A stretch of 64,000 nt of DNA from Eledone cirrhosa (taxonomy: Eukaryota), in contig OZ024743.1 in NCBI GenBank assembly GCA_964016885.1, positions 201,686,001-201,750,000 on the forward strand, written 5' to 3'. Positions 25,349-37,856 of the stretch are shown in pieces. How positions within the stretch are numbered: the first letter of the stretch is position 1; each line of letters begins with the position of its first letter. The position numbers and the translations under genes are program-made. Under the pieces are notes generated by a model. That model ran no database searches. It worked only from the letters and a program-made list of their open reading frames with translations, and was not told where the DNA came from.

Positions 25349-25827
25349 CATCTGTTTTTGTAAGTGTATATGTATGAATTTGGGTAGATGGGTGTCTATA
25401 TAGTTTTTTTGGTATTTATTTCTAGATATAAAAATACATATATGAGCATGTAAATATGAATGTAAGATTGAGTGTGTATATATGATTGTACATACATGTG
25501 TATGTATATGTATGTATATATATGTATTATATATGTACGTGTATGTGAATGTGTGGTATATATATGTGTAGGTATATGTATATATGTGTGCGTATGTGTA
25601 TGCTTGTATATAGGAATATATATATGTGTGTATGTATGTATATATGTATATGCGTGTTTGCATGTATGTGTATATGGGTTGTGTATATATTTGTATGTCT
25701 CTCTATTTATATGTTTATCTTCGTATCTATGTGATATATGTGTGTGTGTGTGCATGTATGCATATGTATGTGTTTGTGTGTGTTTGTATGTGTGTGTGTA
25801 TATATATGTATGTATTTGCGCACACTC

Positions 25828-25864
<37 letters not shown>

Positions 25865-25951
25865 AGTATGTATGTGTGTCTGTATGTGTGTGCGTGTGTA
25901 TATATGTGTATATATATATATATGTGTATGTATGTGTATGTGTGTGTATAT

Positions 25952-25995
<44 letters not shown>

Positions 25996-26134
25996 ATATA
26001 GGTGTCTATGTGTGAATATATGTCTTTATTCGTATGTGTGTATTTATATATGTTTATATTTAGGTGTATGTATGTATGTGTATGTATGTATGTATATGTA
26101 TGTGTATGTATGTATATGTGTATATGTGTGTATA

Positions 26135-26171
<37 letters not shown>

Positions 26172-26391
26172 CTTTATTATTATTGTAATATAACTTATGT
26201 GTATATGTGTATAAGTGAGGTTGTGTATGTATATATATTATGTGTATATATAAGGGTAATGAAATGTATATATATATGTATATATATATATGTGCATGTC
26301 TGTATTTTATGTGTGTGTGTATATATATATATATGTGTATGTGTGTATATATGTGTGTATATATGCATATATGTGTACGTGTGTGTATGTT

Positions 26392-26422
<31 letters not shown>

Positions 26423-26550
26423 GTATATATATACATCTGGATGTTTGTATGTGTTTTCATGGTGGTATGAGTGTGGGATATATATGTTTATGTATAAGTA
26501 TATGTATGTGTATGTATATATATATGAGTCTATGTGTGTGTGTGTATATA

Positions 26551-26593
<43 letters not shown>

Positions 26594-27709
26594 ATGTGTG
26601 TATGTGTTGCGCGTGTGTGTGTCCGTATTTTTATCTTTTTATATGTGTATGTGTATGTTCGTGTAAATGTATGTGTGTGTATGACAGTATAGGTATGTGT
26701 GTATGTATGTATGTGTAGATATCTCTATGTGCGCGTACATGTACGTATGTGTATGTATATCTGTATGCGTATGTACATTATATTATATGTAATATATTTT
26801 ATTGTTTTTATTTTTTTTATTTTTCATAATTTATAGATACATTTATATTAGGCTGTCTGTCTGACAACCTAATACTGACCCCTCCCCCCCCCCTCCCACC
26901 TAATTTCTGTATCTTGATCTTGAAATGTGTGTACCAGTGTGTTTATGTGAGTGACTTAATTTCTATTTGCTTATGATTTTATATCCACATATATAAATGT
27001 GAGTGGGGGGTGTGTGTGTGTTTGTGTGTTCGTGGTTATGTGTATATTTATATATATACGCACATGTATGTGTGATTATACTGATATGTGTGAGTATGAA
27101 AAAAATATATTTATATGCTTGACTACATAAGTATCATTGCGTTTCTTATCAGCGCATTAAGCTTACAGTGATATTAACCTTGAAATTTTTTATTTGCATC
27201 CATCTTTTTAGTATGCACATACATATTATACACACATTATTGTAAAATGTGTGTAGGGTTTTACATGTATATACACACACCAAACTGCTTTTTAACCCTT
27301 TGTGTTTTCATTGGTCAATTTTGAACTGATATTTTGAATTGTTGTTATTATCAATAAATATACTTCATTATTTCTGAAGACGGCGTATATATGTGTTAGG
27401 TATGTATATTTAATCTTGATAATTTGTATAATTTTGTATAATTTTGTACATAGATCTGTTAAATATGCATACCAATTATAGCACATGTATGCCCTAGAAA
27501 CGATCGTTAAATAGTGAACTTTTTTTGTTTAATATAAGGAATTGTTTGTTCATTATTTGTTTAATATTTTATCTTGACTCTGTATACCGTTTATCTTTCA
27601 CCGAAATTGGATTTTCATTACATCTCTTCTTTCCATGATATCCGGAATACATTGAGTTCTTCATACGGATTGGACACTACCGTAAACTCTTGGTAGATTT
27701 ATCTACATA
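25349..27709 (+). repeat. 3' pseudo-LTR copy
   Basis: Direct repeat of 19180-21539. Confidence 0.95.
27364..27518 (+). ncRNA. Type I hammerhead, family G, second copy
   Basis: Same sequence as 21194-21348. Confidence 0.87.
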
Positions 27710-27763
27710 TATATATATATATATATGTACCACACCATTGTTTGTGCTACATCAAAAATAAAC

Positions 27764-27819
<56 letters not shown>

Positions 27820-28485
27820 ATGGCCTCCCAATAATTATATTTTTCTCTCCAGCCACCAAAACACACATCTATTTGTATATGTGCTATAATTTATGGACAT
27901 GTTATATAGAGACAGATGGGAGAGATAGGTATAGATATAGAGAGGGGGAGAGTTTGGTGGTACTCTCGCGCCCCAAATAATAGGAGGGGTAGGAATAAGG
28001 GGAAAGGGGCTTGGGAAATCGAAAATCGTACAGTGTACGTTCGTAAATATGGGATTTTTTGTAATGTTCACTTTTTGTCATATATAATGTTTTTTTAATG
28101 TAAAATAAAAATATTATTAGATTCTTTGGCTGTTGTATCAATATGAATCACTTACAATAACATTTCGTCGGAGATAGACTAGCAAAATTTAATAAGCGAA
28201 AGGGTGTGTGTGTAAAAAAAAATCAGAAAAATTAATAAGCTGGACGGGGAAGATTATTCAAGACGTGAGTGTACGTACATTATTGACGGACGTAAGAAGG
28301 AAAACGCAATACCGAAGTAGAGTTTAAATATTCATTTATTATGGCTAAGTGATGAGCCTTGTTACTCTGGAGTCTCACCTGCGTACTCCCAGGATCATCA
28401 AACAAGCCTGGTGTTCCCGTGAGTGCACAGGTGAAACTTTAGAGTAACAAATCTCGCCAATAGCCATAATAAATGAATGTATATT

Positions 28486-28605
<120 letters not shown>

Positions 28606-28888
28606 TATGTATATATATATGGCGGCGCGGGTCCATGGGAACCGACACCATACCTCGATGTCTGTGTACGCCCTGTGGGTACGTCGACACAATCAATGCT
28701 GCCCATTTGACTCTGCACCTCATCTTAAACACCGCCGTCACAGTAGCCAGGACACGGCGGCTCAATTTCCATGGGTATAATCAATCCCGTATCATACATC
28801 ACTAAGGCACTCTATTTCAGCCACAGTAACAACACGCTATTATAAGCTGTTCTTCCACACTCCCTACATTAAGTAGTCTGTGTATCTC

Positions 28889-29751
28889 TCCAGGCTTTTC
28901 CCAGTCTGATGTTAACATCATGTTCTGTGGAGGCGATATAGCTACCCAGGTATTTGAAGTCGTCAACTTGCTTGATTGTATCGCCGTTTAGACTTCGCAT
29001 ACCAACTGAGGAGTCTTGGTTCAGGTAAATATATTCTGTTTTGCCTGCGTTGACATAGAGTCCGATTTCCTTTGCAACTGATTCGATGCTGTGAAGTAGT
29101 GATGTTGCATCCTTAAGGTAGTCAGCGAGGACCGCTAAATCATCCGCATAGTCAGCATCGGTGATTTTCTGAGCTGCATGGCGTCTACACTTTCGCTTTG
29201 TGAGAGTGAAACCAAGCTCTAAGTTTTCGTCCAGGGCTTTTCTCAATACATAGTCGAGGCAGATGATAAAAATGGAAAGATATCGAGATCAAACCTGCCG
29301 GCAAAACTGAAAAGGAATTTCTTAAGAGCTGCTGTGGAATCTGTGCTTGTTTATGGCTCTATCACTTGGATATTACGTCGAAACTGGAGAAAAAGCTAGA
29401 CTGGGCATACACACGTATCCTCCGCGCTTCTTTAAACGTGTCTTGGAGGGAACACCCAACAAATAAGGATCTCTATGGAAATATACCACCTATCAGCAGG
29501 TCAATACGTGGACAGAGACTCAGATTTGCTGGCCACTGTTGGCGCAGCAAGGAAGAAATAGCAGGTGATGTGTTGTTATGGAGTCCATCTCATGGAGCAA
29601 GAAACGCTGGTCGTCCCAAGAAGATATACGTCAAGCAACTTGAGGACGATGCTGGATGCACTGCGGAAGAACTGGCAAACGCTATGAGAGACAGAGATGG
29701 ATGGAGGAAACGTGTCGTAGAAAGCCCAGCAAGCTCGACCTGATGATGATG
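28889..29751 (+). mobile_element. 5'-truncated RTE-like LINE with 5' inversion
   Basis: Minus segment 28889-~29272 encodes DYADDL..FKYLGS..RLGKAW. Plus segment ~29273-29743 encodes AAVESVLVYG..RLRFAGHCWR..GRP. (TGA)n tail; candidate TSD TGTGTAT(C/T)TC at 28879-28888 and 29750-29759. Confidence 0.88.
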
Positions 29752-30340
29752 TGTATTTCCTCTACGTATTCCATTATGTAACACTTTGTATTTTTTCATG
29801 TACAACCCCATGAGTATTTTTTATATATTCTTTATATATTTTTAATATATGTTTTGGGTATACCCCTTATATTATTCCTATGAGCTTCCCATATGTAATT
29901 TTGTTTAAGGTTTCTATATGTGGATTAGCTCACGTTAGCACCATAATGCCAACTCTGTCAACATGTGCATCAAAGTGTGTCTGCATATACGTATATACCG
30001 TTATGTGAGATGCTGCATGTATTCATCGACGTATCCCCCATATGTACTTTTTTTGTACTTTTCACGTATTTCCCCACGTAATATTTCGTTGTGCACTAAA
30101 TAATGTACAGCATCATGTGCATGTTTATATGCACTTCCTAAATATTTTTATATAGTTTATTTTCATATATGTGCGTACGTGTGTGTGTGTATGTCTGTCT
30201 CGGTGTGCGTGCATATATGGGTGTGTGTGTGTGTATGTATATGTGTATGTGTGTATGTGCGTGTGTTATGTATAAGTACACACACGTATATGTGTGTGTG
30301 TATGCGTGTTCATGCACGCACACACATATATATATATATG

Positions 30341-30433
<93 letters not shown>

Positions 30434-30561
30434 GTGTGTGGTGTGTGTGTGTAAGAGTAGGTTTGAATGAATGATGAATGCATATGTAAGCGCGTGTGTG
30501 TATGTATGGGTGAGCATATATGTGTGTGTATGTATGTACACATGTGTGTAAAAATATATGG

Positions 30562-30614
<53 letters not shown>

Positions 30615-30617
<3 letters not shown>

Positions 30618-32155
30618 AAGTAGGACCCCGACGGCTGAGCTCAAGCCGTTTCGACGGCTAATTCTCGACTAAATGAACATTTTTATCCTGGTAAATGAAT
30701 AGCCGAACTTCTCAGGGGGTAATTCCATATATGGTAAAAGTGATTGTCACAAGGATTGGTCAAAAGTTTGTTGTTGAGACACATAATTCTATCATGGTAT
30801 TTTGTGGAAGGTATGAGTAGCTGCACTTGCCAGTAGAAGAAAGAGGGAGAGGGAGTGGAGGAAACCCAGTCGAGTTTGAAAGTGACAACTACAGCAGATT
30901 CTAAGGATAGAGGGTCGAAAAAAGTATACTAGAGAAGGGGAGGGGGAAGAAGTCGAAACAATAAGTAAATCTATATGGAGTAAATAAATAGAAAAATATA
31001 AAAAATATAAAAAATATAAAAAAACAACAATATCTGGTTACTATTCCCCTACCACAATCATCAAATCTCTCACTGTTACTGCTAAGCTATAGAAAAGTTT
31101 AATAGGTGGGGCGGAATACTAAATACGAGATTGTAGTGAAAGAATTTTATGAATTAGTAGTAATCGGCCAAATCTATCTTACAATGACAGGTCAAAAAGT
31201 AGGGGGCCAAAATACTAAAAAAACTAATACGAAATAATAATTCAGAGTCCCGAAACTAATACGAAATATTAATTCAGAATCCCGAAACATCAATACTAAT
31301 ACGATATATATAAGTACTGCTTAATTTTTCGTATTAGTTTTTCATATATATTGTACGAGCAATTTTGTAGATTGGATTAGAATTTATGTATTGTAGCAGT
31401 ACTTTTATATATATCGTATTAGTATTCATGTTTCGGGTTTCTGAATTAATATTTCGTATTAGTTTTTTTAGTATTTTGGCCCCTACTTGTTGACCTGTCA
31501 TTGTAAGATAGATTTGGCCGATTACTACTAACTCAAAATTCTTTCACTACAATCTCGTATTTAGTATTCCGCCCCACCTATTAAACTTTTCTATAGCTTA
31601 GCAGTACCAGTGAGAGATTTGATGATTGTGGAAGAGGAATAGTAACCAGAATTTTTTTTTTTTTATATTTTTTATATTTTTTATATTTTTCTATATATTT
31701 ACTCCATATAGATTTCCTTATTGTTTCGACTTCCTCCCCCCTCCCTTTCTCTAGTATACTTTTTTCGACCTTCTATCCTTAGAAAACTGCTGTAGTTGTC
31801 ACTTTCAACGCTCGACTGGGTTTCCTCCACTCCCTCTCCCTCTTTCTTCTACTGGCAAGTTCAGCTACTCATACCTTCCACAAAATGCCATGATAGAATC
31901 ATGTGTCTCAACAACAAACTTTTGACCAATCCTTGTGACAATCACTTTTACCATATATGGAATTACCCCCTGAGAAGTTCGGGTATTCATTTACCAGGAT
32001 AAAAATGTTCATTTAGTCCAGAATTAGCCGTCGAGACGGCTTGAGCTCAGCCGTAGTGGTCCTACTTGTTCCTTTTACCCACTCTACTACCCTAAGTATT
32101 GAGTACTTTGGTGCGTTATGGTCTATCTGGTTCCTTACCACATTTCCTTCGTTTT
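30615..32155. mobile_element. Large inverted pLTR pair of family E (~700-bp arms) between (TA)n tracts
   Basis: 30615-~31320 is the reverse complement of ~31400-32070, with scattered substitutions. Confidence 0.88.
30625..30720 (-). ncRNA. Variant hammerhead, family E, core CUGAGAA; decayed plus-strand copy at 31965-32060
   Basis: ACCCC-CTGAGAA-GTTCGGCT...AGCCGTC-GAAA-CGGCT tgagctc AGCCG-TC-GGGGT. Confidence 0.65.
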
Positions 32156-32370
32156 ATATATATATATATATATAGACACACCCATATTTTTTTACACACA
32201 TGTGTACATGCATGTGTACATACATGGTTGATAGTTCGTGACGTCATCATAGTGCTTGACTATTGAAATCTACCCACTGGCCATCTCCATTCATGCGTGA
32301 GCTGTCACTCACCCCAGTCCCCTCGCCAAAATTACTGCTGTGTGTAGGAGAGTTTTTATGAATTCCTACT

Positions 32371-32419
<49 letters not shown>

Positions 32420-32704
32420 ATTATATATATATATAGAGAGAGAGCTTAAAAGTGACCAGCTGCAACATGTATATATCTATAACTTTATGTATATGTTAAC
32501 TTTTATATTTAATAATCTCCCAATAGGTTGAGATTAAATTTGGCGATATTTGGCTGCGCTTTCTAGCAGCAAGCCTACCCGCCGTAAGCAACCAATCATA
32601 TTCTTTCTCTCTGGCTTGACCAAAGCCACATAGTGATTCTTAGCCATTTTTGAATCTATTTTTGGCGGGATCGGACTGAAAAACTAGATGTCTGATTTTG
32701 AGTT

Positions 32705-32783
32705 TGTCTCCTGATGAATCCTAACTCAGGACATTCCTATTATTTGGATGTCTAAAAATAAGGAAGAAACCATGGTAGAGATA
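32705..32783 (+). ncRNA. Type I hammerhead, family H, copy 1
   Basis: TGTCTC-CTGATGA-[ATCCT..GGACATTCC/GGATGTCT..AGGAA]-GAAA-CCATGG-TA-GAGATA. Confidence 0.85.
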
Positions 32784-33369
32784 TAATTACGGTATGTGCG
32801 CATTTCTTCTAAGTTTAATTTTACACCTAATTGTGTATGGTTGATGGTATATTTAGTCAGTTTCTACATGCTGTCGAAATGTTGGATAAATACTCGATTG
32901 GGGGCCGCCGTGAAGAGGCTACGTTCGGTTATTTGCCGGAGATTTCTCCATAAGAGCGTTTATTCTTATAGCATGTTCTAATTGATTTTTTATATGGTTA
33001 ATTATGCTAATTAGAAGAAGAAATAGTATATATTTTAATATCTGATGATTCTAAAGACATGATTTATGATATAGTGCTCTGATTTTTTAATTTATTAATT
33101 CTTCATAGAGCTTAAAAGTGACCAGTTGCAACATGTATATATCTATAACTTTATGTATATGTTAACTTTTATATTTAATAATCTCCCAATAGGTTGAGAT
33201 TAAATTTGGCGATATTGGCTGCGCTTTCTAGCAGCAAGCCTACCCGCCGTAAGCAACCAATCACATTCTTTCTCTCTGGCTTGACCAAAGCCACATAGTG
33301 ATTCTTAGCCATTTTTGAATCTATTTTTGGCGGGATCGGATTGAAAAACTAGATGTCTGATTTTGAGTT

Positions 33370-33448
33370 TGTCTCCTGATGAATCCTAACTCAGGACATT
33401 CCTATTATTTGGATGTCTAAATATAAGGAAGAAACCATGGTAGAGATA
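33370..33448 (+). ncRNA. Type I hammerhead, family H, copy 2
   Basis: As 32705-32783. Confidence 0.85.
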
Positions 33449-34034
33449 TAATTACGGTATGTGCGCATTTCTTCTAAGTTTAATTTTACACCTAATTGTG
33501 TATGGTTGATGGTATATTTAGTCAGTTTCTACATGCTGTCGAAATGTTGGATAAATACTCGATTGGGGGCCGCCGTGAAGAGGCTACGTTCGGTTATTTG
33601 CCGGAGATTTCTCCATAAGAGCGTTTATTCTTATAGCATGTTCTAATTGATTATTTATATGGTTAATTATGCTAATTAGAAGAAGAAATAGTATATATTT
33701 TAATATCTGATGATTCTAAAGACATGATTTATGATATAGTGCTCTGATTTTTTAATTTATTAATTCTTCATAGAGCTTAAAAGTGACCAGTTGCAACATG
33801 TATATATCTATAACTTTATGTATATGTTAACTTTTATATTTAATAATCTCCCAATAGGTTGAGATTAAATTTGGCGATATTGGCTGCGCTTTCTAGCAGC
33901 AAGCCTACCCGCCGTAAGCAACCAATCACATTCTTTCTCTCTGGCTTGACCAAAGCCACATAGTGATTCTTAGCCATTTTTGAATCTATTTTTGGCGGGA
34001 TCGGATTGAAAAACTAGATGTCTGATTTTGAGTT

Positions 34035-34113
34035 TGTCTCCTGATGAATCCTAACTCAGGACATTCCTATTATTTGGATGTCTAAATATAAGGAAGAAAC
34101 CATGGTAGAGATA
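34035..34113 (+). ncRNA. Type I hammerhead, family H, copy 3
   Basis: As 32705-32783. Confidence 0.85.
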
Positions 34114-34395
34114 TAATTACGGTATGTGCGCATTTCTTCTAAGTTTAATTTTACACCTAATTGTGTATGGTTGATGTTATATTTAGTCAGTTTCTACATG
34201 CTGTCGAAATGTTGGATAAATACTCGATTGGGGCCGCCGCGAAGAGGCAGCGTTCGGTTATTTGTCGGAGATTTCTCCATAAGACCGTTTATTCTTATAG
34301 CTTTTTCTAATTGATTTTTTATATGGTTAATTATGCTAATTAGAAGAAGAAATAGTATATATTTTAATATCTGATGATTCTAAAGACATGATTTA

Positions 34396-34452
<57 letters not shown>

Positions 34453-34456
<4 letters not shown>

Positions 34457-36784
34457 ATGATAATTCCCAATACTATAATCAGGCATTAGCTAAATCAGGC
34501 CATAAAAATGGGATTGAATTCCTACCTATAAAATCACATAGTTACAGTATTATTTCTCACAATATGGCCATGAGGAAAAATAATAAGAGTACTAGCCACT
34601 CTTTCTCTAATACGAAGGGTTATATCAAACTTAACTCGCACCAAGGTAAACAAAACAATAATATTATAAACAGAAATACCTCAATAGATATTACAAAAAA
34701 ACAAAAATAGAAGAAATAATACATTCTTCAATCCCCCTTTCAATCTAAACGTCTCTACCAACTTACCTAAGGCTTTCTTCTCAATCCTATAAAAAACTTC
34801 CCATCTGGCCACAAATACCATAATCTTATAAATAAAAACACCATTAAAATCTCTTACTCTACCACACCTAACATACCATACCATATAACTAGTAGTAATA
34901 AAAGGAAGATTAATAATTATTTCCAACTAATTAAAAGACAGCAGGAGGTAAACTTACAGAACAACATAATAACTACAAACCCTAGTAGCAATAGTAATAA
35001 TAGTAATAACACTAATGAAATCAATAACAATAGGAACGACAACCATCATTACCCTAATGCTATCCATAACAACCAGACTTCTACACAACACAATAAGCGG
35101 CAAGATAACATCCAAAATAAATGTAACTGTAGACCAAATAAAACTTGCCCATTAAGTAATAATTGCTTAATCAAAGACATCATTTACTCCTGCACGGTCA
35201 ACACAAACAACTCTTCTAAAACATATATTGGCTCTACTTCGAACTGCTTCAAGACGAGATACAACTCGCACCTCCACTCTTTCAAAAAACACAATATAGC
35301 CAACTCCACTTCACTATCTAGTTACATACACTCTCTGAAAACTAGGAATAGAACATATAGACTTCAATGGGAAGTAGTAAGTAGGGCTGCATCGTATAAA
35401 CCACCGAATACATTTTGTAACCTCTGTCTTCTAGAGACCTATACTATAATCTTTTCGAAACTAAACCTCCTAAATAAAAAGTCAGAGATGTTTTCTTCGT
35501 GCCAACACCACTACCGACACTCATTCGATAGCTTTAAACCTAGCTGCTAGTATATAACAATGTCAGATTTGAATTCATCACCACCATTAACACTTCACCT
35601 CTAAGACTTTTCTTCCCCCACAGCATCAGACTCTTTGATCTGCTCTTTCCTCTACACAAATGCTATTTATCTCTAACATTATACTCTAGAAATAAACATC
35701 TAGTCACCACCTTATAATATAAATACTTGAGATTACTTATAATATATACAGTAATTAAAATATAATATAATATGTATAGACATTAAATATAATTAAATGT
35801 ATAAATTAATAACATTGTTTATAAAGGATTAATTTATTAACATAAGGGCTGTATCTAATTTAACATATAAACAGCTATACATTACTCCATATCTTGCCTA
35901 CTATTGGGTAGATGACAATCTAATAAAACATTTAATATATTATGAGAGAGTAGACTGTATTTAAAATTAAATATAAATATATAACATTTTGTATAAGGGA
36001 TTCAATTGTGGCACTATATAATGTCTATTAGATCAAAGAATTTTAACATTATAATGAGCTAGTTACCTCCCTTACGCATTAGCTCCCCTTAATTCCATAT
36101 CCACTTCCGGATATTAAACCATTGAAAAATCTCGCTGTAGAACAACTCTAATCCATGAATATGAATACAATAATACTAAGTTACTATAACTAACAAAAAC
36201 ATTCAATACAAACATTAACTAAAATATAACTTAACATATGTAATGGATGGGAAATCTCTAACTTTCATATTCTACACACATACATATTTGAACTATACAG
36301 AAACTATCCTCGCATTACATCCTCCATAATATACTAACATATTCGCTTAAAGTGCTTGTATTTTATGTAATACTTTGCCATACAGTACTCATATATGCCT
36401 AATACCTTTGCCTGTTTCCTTCCCATATATATGACTAACGCATGTACAATCTCTACACGCTTCCTCAATGCCTCTTTAATTATTAGACTATTCTCTTGTA
36501 TTATCTGTCGCATGTATTCCTCTCTGTGCTTTTAATTTTAATCTTAATTTGAATTATTGTACAATTGTATAATATATGTCGCATCCATTACACCCTGTAT
36601 ATACTAAACTGTTGTTCACTTCACAAGATCAATATATATGTATCTATATGATGGTTCAGTTGAATAGGAGGTTAATTATATGTACAAACATTGATAATGC
36701 TCCGATGACCCCAAACTAAAGTTTGGAAGAAACAATAGTCAGCGATTAAATGATTTGAACATAACTTTGATACTTGTGTATTTT
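34453..36784 (+). mobile_element. 5'-truncated, frameshifted Naiad-type PLE (not in the ORF track) with 3' hammerhead
   Basis: Hand translation of 34470-35550: LAKSGHK, FFNPPFNLNVSTN, FPSGHKYHNLINKNTIKISYS, CNCRPNKTCPLSNNCLIKDIIY, YIGSTSNCFKTRYNSH, CNLCLLE, LLNKKSEMFSSCQH; (TA)n at both ends. Confidence 0.87.
36698..36744 (+). ncRNA. Hammerhead, family I, core CCGAUGA
   Basis: TGCT-CCGATGA-cc CCAAACT aa AGTTTGG aa-GAAA-CAATAG-TC-AGCG. Confidence 0.68.
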
Positions 36785-36876
36785 ATATATATATATATAA
36801 CGAAGGAAATGTGGTAAGGAACCAGGTGGACCATAACGCACCAAAGTACTCAATACTTAGGGTAGTAGAGTGGGTA

Positions 36877-36993
36877 ATAGGAACGAGTAGGACCCCGACG
36901 GCTGAGCTCAAGCGTTTCGACGGCTAATTCTGGATCCAGAATTAGCCGTCGAAACGGCTTGAGCTCAGCCGTCGGGGTCCTACTCGTTCCTAT
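36877..36993. repeat. Spacer-less palindrome of family E pLTR sequence
   Basis: Centred on GGATCC at 36932-36937; arms differ by one base. Confidence 0.92.
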
Positions 36994-37279
36994 ATATATA
37001 TATATATATGTGACTGTGTATGAATAGATATATATATACGTTGGTCCCATATGTTTACGTGTGAGCATGTGTCTGCGTTTGAATGTACCTATATATGAGA
37101 GGTGAATATATATATGTATGTAGGTACATGTGTGAACGCAAACACGCAAGCTCTGTGTGTGTGTGTGTGTAGGTCCACACAGATAAGTGTACGATTAATG
37201 GCTCGGAATGCCTGTATATAGGCGTGAGCACATGTGCGTGTGGGTGTATATGTATGGGGAGGCAAGCAAGGGATTGGCA

Positions 37280-37425
37280 TGGAAATTCATAAAAACTCTC
37301 CTACACATAGCAGTAATTTTGGCGAGGGGATTGGGGCGAGTGACAGCTCACGCCTGAATGGAGATGGCCAGTAGGCAGATTTCAATGGTCAAGCACTATG
37401 ATGATGTCACGAACTATCAACCAAT
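37280..37425. repeat. ~145-bp inverted copy of 32226-32370
   Basis: ATTCATAAAAACTCTCCTACACA..GATGGCCAGT..GAACTATCAACC is the reverse complement of 32226-32370. Confidence 0.88.
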
Positions 37426-37515
37426 CTAAGTGTCGCACAAACAGGAAGATGGCAGATGATAAAGGTTCGAAAGGTCGGAGTCCAGCAGAAAGAGAATTTG
37501 CTTCGAAATCACTAG

Positions 37516-37608
37516 ACGTATCTGAGGAACTTGCGAATCCAGAGTTAGGTTCGATCCACAAACAGATCGCACCTCCATCTGTTCGCCGGAGAAACAATTG
37601 TAATACGT
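37516..37608 (+). ncRNA. Type I hammerhead, family J, branched stem II
   Basis: ACGTAT-CTGAGGA-[GCGAA..ACAGAT/ATCTGT..TTCGC]-GAAA-CAATTG-TA-ATACGT. Confidence 0.8.
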
Positions 37609-37659
37609 GATAAATTGTGTTTCGATGCATCACTGATTCTTCGTTTTCCATATTATCTG

Positions 37660-37709
<50 letters not shown>

Positions 37710-37856
37710 CGGTGTGTATGATTGTGTATAGAAGATTATATTAATAAAAGGAATTCCAACTTTGTCTGAATTACTCGTTTTATTTACAATCCTTTAAAAT
37801 TTATAATGGTATTAGAATGAAATAGTATGGTAGACTATTAAATGTTAAGTGTTAAT

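Larger units (their letters stand above)
19180..27709 (+). mobile_element. Apparently intact Naiad-type Penelope-like retroelement with long direct pseudo-LTRs
   Basis: Uninterrupted ORF between two 2.36-kb direct repeats, each with a hammerhead; 3' end abuts (TA)n. Confidence 0.93.
32441..34401 (+). repeat. 665-bp tandem repeat, ~2.95 copies, one hammerhead per unit (retrozyme-like)
   Basis: Units start AGAGCTTAAAAGTGACCAG at 32441, 33107 and 33772; flanked by (TA)n; no credible ORF. Confidence 0.95.

Noticed and set aside
32796-32981. 61-aa ORF repeated three times
   Set aside because: GTG start, no recognisable domain, frameshifted in copy 3; a by-product of the tandem repeat.
33012-33054. 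Possible type II hammerhead (TAGAA..GAAA..CTGATGA-TTCTA) in each 665-bp unit
   Set aside because: No register gives both a UH cleavage site and a closed stem I.
32441-34401. CRISPR-like or prokaryotic array
   Set aside because: Units are long and contiguous with no unique spacers, and the context is eukaryotic.
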